A DNA stretch of 16,546 nt from a virus: IMG/VR virus record IMGVR_UViG_3300033692_000041; one strand, written 5' to 3'. A model generated the notes under the pieces. It was not told the origin of the DNA. It did no database searches and saw only the letters and a list, made by a program, of their open reading frames with translations. Below are positions 1 to 6,824 of the stretch, piece after piece; position 1 is the first letter of the stretch, and each line of letters opens with the position of its first letter. The position numbers and the translations under genes are program-made.

Positions 1-99
1 AATCTGACACATAAAGACTTTAAAAGGTTTATATATGAATATAGAACTTAAAGAATTAAAGGTATTAGGGAATAAATAAAGTGAGTTGGTGAGAGGTTA
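1..99. repeat. Terminal overlap copy 1, identical to 16448-16546
   Basis: Base-by-base comparison shows 1-99 equals 16448-16546 exactly. This implies a circular unit of 16,447 bp or a 99-bp direct terminal repeat. Confidence 0.9.
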
Positions 100-252
100 G
101 CTGATAATATTTAAGTATGATAAATAGGGTATTGAAAAAGGTCGGTTAATAATCGAGTCTAGCCTGTTACGATAGCAATCATTGCCTTGCAACTTAATTT
201 ATAACGGTAAATCGAGGCACGGGTTCAAATTTACTTTTATCCCTTTACTTTT

Positions 253-282
253 TTGAAAAAGTTGGCTGCCAACAAAATAATA
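253..282 (+). promoter_or_regulatory. Candidate promoter with operator-like palindrome upstream of the RNase H-like gene
   Basis: TTGAAA at 253-258 and an A/T-rich -10-like ATAATA/TAATAA around 277-283. The perfect 6-bp inverted repeat GTTGGC-T-GCCAAC (261-273) sits in the spacer. Confidence 0.3.
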
Positions 283-311
283 AAGAGTTTCATGATCAGT
301 GAGGTGATCAG

Positions 312-701
312 ATGAATGTCAAAATAATAGTTTGTGCTTCCAGTAATCATTATTCAGTGCTGCTCATTGCTGGTGATCATCAGAAAAAGTTAAAAGGACC
401 GATTAAGGAAGCTGCAGAATTAGAAAACACACTCAGGGCAGCAATTAAAGCAGTTAAAATGCTTAAGTATCCAGTAGATATAGAGCTGGTAACCAATCAT
501 GAGGCATTTAGCCAGGTGTTTGATTTAGGACGGCCAGAAATGCAAAATAAAGCGTTTGTGCAGGATAATATCGAGCTCTGGCAGGAATTAATCAGGTTAA
601 TTAAGCAGCATAACAGTTTCAATCACAAACTAAAAGACAGTAATCGACAGGATTTGACACTATTTAATGAATTATATCGAGATTGTTTATATCGGAGGTG
701 A
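312..701 (+). CDS. RNase H-fold protein with substituted catalytic residues (predicted inactive)
   Basis: 129-aa ORF with SD GAGGTGAT 3 nt before the ATG. Hand alignment to E. coli RNase HI from memory: VKIIVCASS vs VEIFTDGSC, NTLRAAIKAV vs MELMAAIVAL, ELVTNHEAF vs ILSTDSQYV, IELWQELIRL vs VDLWQRLDAA, LFNELYR vs RCDELAR. Confidence 0.55.
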   Translation: MNVKIIVCASSNHYSVLLIAGDHQKKLKGPIKEAAELENTLRAAIKAVKMLKYPVDIELVTNHEAFSQVFDLGRPEMQNKAFVQDNIELWQELIRLIKQHNSFNHKLKDSNRQDLTLFNELYRDCLYRR

Positions 702-712
702 GGCTCTCAAAG

Positions 713-770
713 GCTCATATTTGCAATTTTAGAGAGGGTTGCACTAAAAGGGTATAAACCCTTGCTGAAA
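713..770 (+). repeat. Intergenic repeat module copy 1 (GCTCATATTTGC ... TAAAAGGGTATAAAC)
   Basis: The 12-mer GCTCATATTTGC (713-724) recurs exactly at 2765-2776. The following roughly 45 bp also align with the copy-2 flank, including TTG..TAARGGGTRTAAA. Confidence 0.6.
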
Positions 771-831
771 CAGATTGAGTTAGCAAATGGTAAAGAATTT
801 AATTGATTTGGGGCAAATTAACGGTTAAGTA

Positions 832-860
832 TTGACGAATTGAATTTTTTTGTGAATAAT
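832..860 (+). promoter_or_regulatory. Sigma-A-type promoter (TTGACG - 17 nt - AATAAT, with TG extended -10)
   Basis: TTGACG at 832-837, a 17-nt spacer ending in TGTG, and AATAAT at 855-860. It would give a roughly 180-nt leader before the small ORF at 1048. Confidence 0.45.
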
Positions 861-973
861 AAGTAGAAGGGTAAAATATTTTTGATTAACACTAACAAAT
901 ACCAGGTAAAAACTTTTATATATAGACGAGAGGTGTTTTGTTTGGCAGCGGGTTGTGATAAAATAACCCCTGT

Positions 974-1007
974 AAAAAGAAAAAAACTGCCTCCACGGGC
1001 AGTTTTA
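974..1007. terminator. Bidirectional-looking intrinsic terminator hairpin
   Basis: Stem ACTGCC (986-991) pairs with GGCAGT (998-1003). It is preceded by the A-run 974-986, which reads TTTTTTTCTTTTT on the - strand, and followed by TTTT on the + strand. The - strand version is the stronger one. Confidence 0.5.
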
Positions 1008-1047
1008 AATACCTGTCATCAGTCCAGATAGAAAGGAGGTGATGACT

Positions 1048-1137
1048 ATGAACATCTACATTATGCTAGATTTGAGACTAAGTCTCAGTCTAACATTGGC
1101 TTTTGGTTTGTTCATTGTGCTGACAATAAATAGATAG
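1048..1137 (+). CDS. 29-aa hydrophobic peptide (type I toxin-like or small membrane peptide)
   Basis: Strong SD AAAGGAGGTGAT with AGGAGG 8 nt before the ATG at 1048. Product is MNIYIMLDLRLSLSLTLAFGLFIVLTINR, one predicted TM stretch with a terminal Arg. An intrinsic terminator follows immediately. The ORF is below the track size cutoff. Confidence 0.45.
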   Translation: MNIYIMLDLRLSLSLTLAFGLFIVLTINR

Positions 1138-1148
1138 TCAGCCAGGTT

Positions 1149-1186
1149 CCCTCAGATAAGCTGGTACCTTGTCTGGGGGTTTTTTT
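1149..1186 (+). terminator. Rho-independent terminator after the small peptide ORF
   Basis: CCCTCAGATAAG (1149-1160) pairs with CTTGTCTGGGGG (1168-1179), giving 12 bp including two G-U pairs. TTTTTTT follows at 1180-1186. Confidence 0.7.
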
Positions 1187-1204
1187 ATGTCTTTTTCTAA
1201 GATA

Positions 1205-1233
1205 AGTGTAGAATAATTTGTGCAAATTGTCAA
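1205..1233 (-). promoter_or_regulatory. Minus-strand promoter TTGACA - 17 nt - TACACT
   Basis: The reverse complement of 1201-1240 reads AAAAAAG TTGACA ATTTGCACAAATTATTC TACACT. The -35 is consensus and the -10 keeps T1, A2 and T6. Confidence 0.4.
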
Positions 1234-1314
1234 CTTTTTTTAGCAAAATGCAATCATTTCTGGGCACCTCAGGACCAATGCCTCAGAGAGATGATCCCTG
1301 AACCAATTCCTCTG

Positions 1315-2418
1315 TTAATCCCTCAGTTTTTCAAATTCTTTTTCTGTTAGATTAAAGCTATCAGCTAAATCCTCAACCTCAATTTCTAGCCTGTCAGCTA
1401 CTTCTTCAGCAGTTTTCTCACCTTCAATAAAATATTTTTTCCACCTACTTTTAAAAGACCGATAGTTTGTCGAACAATTAGTGTTTTCGCAGAATTCTCT
1501 TTCTCTTCCCCTGGTGTTTTCTACTGGGAACCAATCCCCACACAACGGGTGCTTGCACCTTTTAAACTTCTTATTTTCTGTTATATCCTCAAAAAATTGC
1601 ATATAGGCAGCAGCCAGCAAGGTTTGGGACTCATTACCTGGCAGCAGATTACTATCATTTGCTATCAAGTGAGGTTTAGTTAAATTCAAATGTTTATTTA
1701 TATTAGCAGAAAATATTTCTTTGGCTCTTTCCAGTGATACTGCATTATCGTTTTTATTTGTGAGTATATTTTTAACAAACCAAATTTTTGTATTATCTAA
1801 ATCAGGCAGCTTATTTTCCTGCAAACCTCCCCAGATTTCAATCAATCCCTGCATTTCCTCTACTGCAAATTTAAACATTTCATAACTTTGAAAAGCATCA
1901 CTTTTAAATCCAATATATGTTTTTTTAGGATAGCATACATCAAAAGAAATAATCTTTATCGGGTGATGATCTGCACCCAGAGGACCATATTTATTGCAGA
2001 ATTCTATAATTTCATTATCATTATCGAGGTTCAATTTATTTATATCAAGATAGATTTTATTTTCAGCAGCATTCCCACCCTCATTGTAAGGATTGTAGCC
2101 CTCATTGCCACTATACCAGTGTTCTTTAATTTTTTTAGGTGAAGCAATAAAGAGACTTTCATCAGTCAGATTATTGTAATCTTTATCTACACTCTCCACA
2201 AAATTATCCATTAATTTTTTTATTTCCTCAGAGACACTTGAAACTTTTTCAGTCTGTTTTATCTCCCAATCTGGTAACTGATCATAAAAATCAACTAAAT
2301 AATTATGATACAGCTGCTTGATCTCCTTAAACTTTAAAATTTTATATGGACCAAAGTTTTTATTATCAATTCTATTAATATCAACATTTGTTCCAGCAAT
2401 TTTTTTAGTGCGAAACAT
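1315..2418 (-). CDS. 367-aa protein with a C-terminal CGNR-type zinc-finger-like motif; putative regulator of the divergent switch
   Basis: Long ORF. I trim the track start (a GTG inside the SD) to the ATG at 2418, since the - strand reads GAGGTG TTTATT ATG TTT CGC. The C-terminus CKHPLCGDWFPVENTRGREREFCENTNCSTNYRSFKSR fits the C-x4-C ... FC-x4-C-x3-Y-R arrangement of zf-CGNR proteins. I do not recognise the N-terminal roughly 280 aa. Confidence 0.8.
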   Translation of the reverse strand: MFRTKKIAGTNVDINRIDNKNFGPYKILKFKEIKQLYHNYLVDFYDQLPDWEIKQTEKVSSVSEEIKKLMDNFVESVDKDYNNLTDESLFIASPKKIKEHWYSGNEGYNPYNEGGNAAENKIYLDINKLNLDNDNEIIEFCNKYGPLGADHHPIKIISFDVCYPKKTYIGFKSDAFQSYEMFKFAVEEMQGLIEIWGGLQENKLPDLDNTKIWFVKNILTNKNDNAVSLERAKEIFSANINKHLNLTKPHLIANDSNLLPGNESQTLLAAAYMQFFEDITENKKFKRCKHPLCGDWFPVENTRGREREFCENTNCSTNYRSFKSRWKKYFIEGEKTAEEVADRLEIEVEDLADSFNLTEKEFEKLRD

Positions 2419-2446
2419 AATAAACACCTCTTTTTTTGCAAGAATG

Positions 2447-2471
2447 ACGGTTTTAATAACTTTAATACCGT
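2447..2471. promoter_or_regulatory. Imperfect 25-bp palindrome (operator candidate) in the divergent control region
   Basis: ACGGTTTTAATAACTTTAATACCGT has identical outer 5-bp arms ACGGT/ACCGT, with 9 of 12 arm positions symmetric. It lies just downstream of the predicted - strand start site. Confidence 0.4.
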
Positions 2472-2479
2472 TATTTTAT

Positions 2480-2508
2480 ATTATAGACTATAAAGTAAGA
2501 AGTTGCAA
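2480..2508 (-). promoter_or_regulatory. Near-consensus promoter for the 367-aa gene (TTGCAA - 17 nt - TATAAT)
   Basis: The - strand reads TTGCAA CTTCTTACTTTATAGTC TATAAT, with -35 at 2503-2508 and -10 at 2480-2485. A weaker + strand -10 TATATT (2477-2482) overlaps it. Confidence 0.55.
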
Positions 2509-2546
2509 TAGCTGGAGGTAAAAAATAAAAAGTGGAGGTGAATTTG

Positions 2547-2747
2547 GTGAATAGAGTAAGAGAATTTAGGAATAAAAAAGGCTTAACTCAGCTTGAATTG
2601 GCAGAGATAACAGAGATTTATCAAAATGACATTAGCCAAATTGAGACGGGTGGGAGAAAAGTTTTCCCAGGTTGGAGGAAAAGATTATCCGAGGCTCTGG
2701 AAGTGGAGGAAGAAGTTCTGTTTCCTGAAGATGAGGGGGAGAAATGA
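2547..2747 (+). CDS. Xre/Cro-like helix-turn-helix transcriptional regulator
   Basis: NRVREFRNKKGLTQLELAEITEIYQNDISQIETGGRKV is a typical HTH_3 signature. GGAGGTG at 2534-2540 favours the GTG at 2547 over the track start at 2532. The gene is divergent from the 367-aa gene. Confidence 0.85.
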   Translation: MNRVREFRNKKGLTQLELAEITEIYQNDISQIETGGRKVFPGWRKRLSEALEVEEEVLFPEDEGEK

Positions 2748-2764
2748 AATTCAGCAGTTTAAAC

Positions 2765-2825
2765 GCTCATATTTGCTCATTTAAGCTGTTGGTGATTAAG
2801 GGGTGTAAAACTACCTGCATTGAAT
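2765..2825 (+). repeat. Intergenic repeat module copy 2
   Basis: GCTCATATTTGC at 2765-2776 is identical to 713-724. Downstream, TTGGTGATTAAGGGGTGTAAAAC parallels TTGCACTAAAAGGGTATAAAC of copy 1. Confidence 0.6.
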
Positions 2826-2869
2826 TGAAGGCTGTAAATAGTGCAGAAATGAAAGGAGAATGACTGAAT

Positions 2870-3280
2870 ATGTTGGATACTAAAAGCTCCAGTGGTGAAA
2901 GAAAGATAAATGACAGATACCCTACTCTTTATTTTGGAATTGATGTCAGTCAGTTGAGTTTTAGTGAGTTTAGAGCTGTAACCAGAGAGGTCAGGACAAT
3001 TATTGAGGATTCGATTGAGAAGGTCGAGAAAGAAAATTACTTTGCTCCCCGTAAACTGTCATTTTTAAAGTGGATTCAAATCAAATTGACAGGTGATGAT
3101 CAGGAGAGAATGATAAAATCTCATAAGTTAGCAGCTGATAAGTTAGGCAGCTTATTTAAAAGAAGTTTTATTTTGCGAGAAATACTGACAGAAAAGCAAT
3201 TGGATACATTGATCAGCGAAGTGAAAGCCTACTGGATTGAAAAAGGAATTGAAGAAATCAAAAGTACCTATCCAGGTTAA
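2870..3280 (+). CDS. Hypothetical protein (136 aa)
   Basis: ORF with AAAGGAG upstream at 2852-2858. No motif recognised. Confidence 0.65.
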   Translation: MLDTKSSSGERKINDRYPTLYFGIDVSQLSFSEFRAVTREVRTIIEDSIEKVEKENYFAPRKLSFLKWIQIKLTGDDQERMIKSHKLAADKLGSLFKRSFILREILTEKQLDTLISEVKAYWIEKGIEEIKSTYPG

Positions 3281-3319
3281 ACAGAAATTGATGATTATTT
3301 TTCAGGGAGATGATTTTTT

Positions 3320-3448
3320 ATGCAGCACAAAAAAGAAAAAAGCCAGTCTCTAAGACCTAGAGCTGGCAAGCAACAAATGATTTATCCTATTAAATCAATT
3401 ATACCAGATAGTTACCGAAATAACAAGGTTCAGGGTGATTTTAAATGA
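3320..3448 (+). CDS. Small basic hypothetical protein (42 aa)
   Basis: The ATG at 3320 follows GGGAGA. Product is MQHKKEKSQSLRPRAGKQQMIYPIKSIIPDSYRNNKVQGDFK. The stop overlaps the next start as ATGA at 3445-3448, which suggests coupling. The ORF is below the track cutoff. Confidence 0.35.
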   Translation: MQHKKEKSQSLRPRAGKQQMIYPIKSIIPDSYRNNKVQGDFK

Positions 3449-4365
3449 GTGATAATAAAAAATATTATTATCTAAAATTAAAAGAAAATTTCTTTGATAG
3501 TGAAGAAATAAAAGTCTTAGAAAGCATGGAGAATGGTTATAAATACAGTAATATTTTATTGAAAATGTACTTAAAATCTTTAAAAAGAGAAGGGTTGTTG
3601 GTTTTCAAGGACACAATTCCTTATGATGTGAAAATGATTGCTACAATAACTGATCACAATGTCAATGATGTTAAGCAGGCTTTAGTATTATTTCAGCAAA
3701 TGGGCCTTATTGAGATTTTGTCGAATGGTGCGATTTACATGATGGATATACAAAATTTCATTGGTAAATCGTCAACTGAAGCTGATAGGGTTAGAGCTTA
3801 TAGAAATCAAGTTCAGGAGAAAAAAGAAGAATTATTAGAGTCTGAAGGTCCTGGAAATATCAGCGATCTTGAAGGTGATGTTACAAATGTTGTTACAAAT
3901 GTACAACAAAAGAACGACATTTCTACACCAGAGTTAGAGATAGAGTTAGAGAGAGAGAAAGAAAAACCGTCGGAAAAATCCGACAGTCAGCCTGGGGATG
4001 AGTTTTCGATAAGCAAAAAGGAAAATGGTCGTTATGATTATCCAAAGGCTTTTGAGAAAATATATAATCTTTATCCCAGTCAAAGAGGAAGTAAGAAGGC
4101 TCACTGGAGAAAATGGGCTGCAACTAGAAGAAAGGGGATACCTCAGGAAGATTTAGAGCTGGCTGCTAAAAACTATTCCTCTGAATGCAAAAAAAATGGA
4201 ACTGAAGAGCAGTATATAAAGCAATTTAAAACTTTTTTCGGAAGAGATGAACACTGGAGAGAATATATAGGACCAGAAACTGACTTTGATCAGGAAGCAG
4301 AAAAGCAAAAAAGGTTGGAAGATATGAGGAAAAAGCAGGAAGAGTGGGTAGAAAACTATGGATAA
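3445..4365 (+). CDS. Phage replisome organizer (N-terminal replisome-organizer domain)
   Basis: The N-terminus KKYYYLKLKENFFDSEEIKVLESMENGYKYSNILLKMYLKSL matches the characteristic Phage_rep_org_N pattern. The gene sits directly upstream of, and overlaps, a DnaB-type helicase gene. Confidence 0.8.
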   Translation: MSDNKKYYYLKLKENFFDSEEIKVLESMENGYKYSNILLKMYLKSLKREGLLVFKDTIPYDVKMIATITDHNVNDVKQALVLFQQMGLIEILSNGAIYMMDIQNFIGKSSTEADRVRAYRNQVQEKKEELLESEGPGNISDLEGDVTNVVTNVQQKNDISTPELEIELEREKEKPSEKSDSQPGDEFSISKKENGRYDYPKAFEKIYNLYPSQRGSKKAHWRKWAATRRKGIPQEDLELAAKNYSSECKKNGTEEQYIKQFKTFFGRDEHWREYIGPETDFDQEAEKQKRLEDMRKKQEEWVENYG

Positions 4366-5740
4366 ACAAAACATCTTTCAAAATTTAGCATTAGAAAAAG
4401 GGTTTTTATCCTCAATACTATCTAATCCCGAGTTATTTGGTGAGCATGTGGAGGAAACCAACGCTGAATTGTTTAGTAATGAGCTGCATAAAGCTGTTTA
4501 TAAAAAAATGGAAGACGATTATTTAGATAAAGGTAAAATTGCCAAAACCGAGGTCATGCTGTTTGCTTCTAAAGAGTTTGGCCAGGGTCAAATAGAAAAA
4601 ATTATTGAGAGTGAATACCTGGCTCCAATGGAGCTGGAGGATATAATTCATAATTTAAAAGAATGCAGGGAGAGAAGGAGAATTAAAGACTCTCTCAATA
4701 AAGCCTATAATTACTTGACTGACAATGAATTAAAACAGGATCAGTTCAAGTCTAAGATACAAGATGAAGTTTTTACTGCCACGAGTGAAAATTTAGAAGA
4801 AAAATTAATTCATGATGTTGAATCAGTAGCTTATGAATCATTCGAAAGATTCCAGGAGCGTCAAGAAGGCAAAGAAACAGAAAAAATAAGGACAGGAATT
4901 TATTCTTTAGATGCTATGACTGGAGGGGGATTAAGTAGAAAACACCTGAGCATTTTGGCTGGACGGCCTTCAATGGGTAAGACTGCAATGAGTTTAAGAT
5001 TATTGGGCTCTATTTTAAAAACTTCTGATACTCCTAGCTTGATGATCAGTTTAGAAATGGATCGAGTTAAACTATTGGATAGAATCCTGATTCAGGAGGC
5101 CAAAGTAAAAGCAAATGATTATTATAAAACAAAAAACAATCAAGAAAATAAAGTTGTTCAAAAGCAGAGAAATGCGATTGAGACAGCCAGAAATTGGCTG
5201 CATGATAAACCTTTAAAGATTACTGATAGAAGAGGACTGACAGTCAATGATATTAAATCAATTGCTAGAAAAGCTGACAATATTTACAATGGTGAATTGA
5301 AATTTATTGTTATTGACTATTTAACTGAAATAAATGTCAGCTCAGTAGGTGGAAGATTCGATAAAGGAACTGCTGAAGCTGTAAGGGAATTAAGAAGTTT
5401 GGCAGCTGAATTGGATGTTCATATAATGCTGCTGCACCAAATTAATAGAGATTTTAAAGGGAGGGGGAATAAACGGCCTCAACTGAGTGATCTTCGTGAT
5501 AGTGGGGAGATAGAAGAGAAGGCTGATAGCGTTTTCTTTGTGCATAGGCCTCAATATTATGAGTGTAAAGAAAAGGGGATTGATGAGCCCAAAGTTCAGG
5601 ATGATGCAGAATTGTTGGTAGCAAAGCAAAGAGAAGGTGCAACTGGGGCGATAAATATGATTTGGTACCCAGAGATAGTGTATTTTCAAGATTTTCATGA
5701 TCAGAAAGTCAGAGGACCCGTGAATTATTTAAAGCAATAA
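4358..5740 (+). CDS. dnaB: Replicative DNA helicase, DnaB family
   Basis: Walker A GRPSMGKTAMSL, Walker B-like FIVIDYLTEI, HQINRD, and LSDLRDSGEIEEKADSVFFVHRP. An 8-nt overlap with the upstream gene suggests coupling. Confidence 0.9.
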   Translation: MDKQNIFQNLALEKGFLSSILSNPELFGEHVEETNAELFSNELHKAVYKKMEDDYLDKGKIAKTEVMLFASKEFGQGQIEKIIESEYLAPMELEDIIHNLKECRERRRIKDSLNKAYNYLTDNELKQDQFKSKIQDEVFTATSENLEEKLIHDVESVAYESFERFQERQEGKETEKIRTGIYSLDAMTGGGLSRKHLSILAGRPSMGKTAMSLRLLGSILKTSDTPSLMISLEMDRVKLLDRILIQEAKVKANDYYKTKNNQENKVVQKQRNAIETARNWLHDKPLKITDRRGLTVNDIKSIARKADNIYNGELKFIVIDYLTEINVSSVGGRFDKGTAEAVRELRSLAAELDVHIMLLHQINRDFKGRGNKRPQLSDLRDSGEIEEKADSVFFVHRPQYYECKEKGIDEPKVQDDAELLVAKQREGATGAINMIWYPEIVYFQDFHDQKVRGPVNYLKQ

Positions 5741-5761
5741 AAAATTTTATGAGGTGATCAA

Positions 5762-6052
5762 ATGAGGGGATTCGCTAAATTACTTAAAGATATTGATAAT
5801 GTCAAACGGCAAAATAATGCCAGTAATCACGAAATGTCAGAGTTGTTGTCTAAAATCAGCGAATATTATAAAGATCGAGCTGAACCAAATCAGAGAAAGA
5901 GGCTGATCAGTGAGACAAAAAGCAAAATTGAAACCGCATTGACCTTTGTTGAAGCACTGGAAGCAGAAAGAGGCAGCGTTTTCACTCATGAAGCGAGGGA
6001 AGTTATCACTGATATTGGTGATTATTTAGACGAGATAGAAAAATACAGTTAG
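5762..6052 (+). CDS. Hypothetical protein (96 aa, helical or charged)
   Basis: ORF with SD GAGGTGAT 3 nt before the ATG. No motif recognised. Confidence 0.65.
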   Translation: MRGFAKLLKDIDNVKRQNNASNHEMSELLSKISEYYKDRAEPNQRKRLISETKSKIETALTFVEALEAERGSVFTHEAREVITDIGDYLDEIEKYS

Positions 6053-6062
6053 GAGGCAGCAG

Positions 6063-6605
6063 ATGTTAGCAACTAAATTAGCTTATCGCTACACTAAAGG
6101 CGAAATGAAAGAACTTTTAAAGAGTTTGACGATTCTCATTGACACCAGGGAGCAGGCCAACACTCATATTCAGGGATATTTCGATAGTAAATGCATAGAT
6201 CATAAAAACAAAAAGCTTGATTTTGGTGATTACAGTTTTATGCTGCCAGCTAATGAAAAGCTGGGAATCATGCGAGATATTTATTTTATGGACCAGATAG
6301 CAATTGAGAGGAAAGCCAGCCTGACTGAGTTAAGCAATAATTTTACTCACGATAGAACTCAGTTTGAGAACGAGTTAATCAGGTCGAATGGGAGCAAATT
6401 AATTCTACTGGTAGAGAATGCAGCAGGGTATGAGGATATTATTGAGCATAATTACAGGACCCAGTATAAGCCAAAAAGTTTTCTGGCCACGCTGCATTCA
6501 TTTAAACACCGTTATGACCTTGATACTGTGTTCATAAAGCCCGAAATAGCAGGAGATTACATTTATCGAAGTTTTTATTATTGGCTTAGAGAATACCTAA
6601 AATAA
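6063..6605 (+). CDS. ERCC4-type (XPF/Mus81-like) nuclease domain protein
   Basis: ILIDTREQ, GDYSF, and IAIERKASLTELSNNF (the ERK motif), followed by a LILLVEN strand. SD is AGGAGG. Confidence 0.7.
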   Translation: MLATKLAYRYTKGEMKELLKSLTILIDTREQANTHIQGYFDSKCIDHKNKKLDFGDYSFMLPANEKLGIMRDIYFMDQIAIERKASLTELSNNFTHDRTQFENELIRSNGSKLILLVENAAGYEDIIEHNYRTQYKPKSFLATLHSFKHRYDLDTVFIKPEIAGDYIYRSFYYWLREYLK

Positions 6606-6710
6606 GACCCTAAGTTCAACATAGGGCGTAGGGTATTAACCACCCCCTTTAAAGGTCAGATAGAATTTCAAACCGACCTATTAGTGCCTAGTTTTAATTG
6701 AGGGACTTAA

Positions 6711-6824
6711 ATGGTATTTCAGACAGGTAAAATTCGTACAGCTGATGGTTGGAACGATATTCGTACAGAGATAGGGAAAAATTGCCGAGAGTTTGGAGCG
6801 ACGAAATTCGTCGGACCAAAATAA
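6711..6824 (+). CDS. Possible 37-aa ORF inside the long spacer
   Basis: GAGGGA lies 5 nt before the ATG at 6711. Product is MVFQTGKIRTADGWNDIRTEIGKNCREFGATKFVGPK. The ORF contains the ATTCGTACAG direct repeat and the 15-bp palindrome, so the region may be regulatory or RNA instead. Confidence 0.25.
   Translation: MVFQTGKIRTADGWNDIRTEIGKNCREFGATKFVGPK

Larger units (their letters stand above)
975..1194 (-). ncRNA. Candidate antisense RNA covering the small hydrophobic ORF
   Basis: The - strand promoter TTGACA-17-TACACT (1205-1233) points into the small ORF. The next - strand terminator is the hairpin plus T-run at 974-1003. The hairpin at 1149-1179 has no T-run on the - strand. This is inference only. 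Confidence 0.3.

Noticed and set aside
210-240. tRNA-like T-loop sequence GGGTTCAAAT
   Set aside because: The flanks cannot form a T-stem (ACGGG versus TTACT), and I could not build an acceptor or anticodon arm. No tRNA is supported.
1888-2521. Plus-strand ORFs 1888-2142 and 2318-2521 from the six-frame track
   Set aside because: They lie antisense to, or run out of, the well-supported 367-aa - strand gene. They have low-complexity Ile/Phe-rich products typical of AT-rich shadow frames, and no SD.
2532-2546. GTG at 2532 as the start of the Xre gene
   Set aside because: That GTG precedes the SD GGAGGTG and partly overlaps it. The GTG at 2547 gives the canonical MNRVREFR... N-terminus at proper spacing.
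3923-4374. Minus-strand ORFs 3923-4123 and 4153-4374
   Set aside because: These are shadow frames inside the replisome-organizer gene. No SD is present and the products are low-complexity.
5390-5698. Minus-strand ORFs 5390-5698 and 5454-5642
   Set aside because: Both lie entirely inside the DnaB-family helicase gene, whose motifs fix the + frame.
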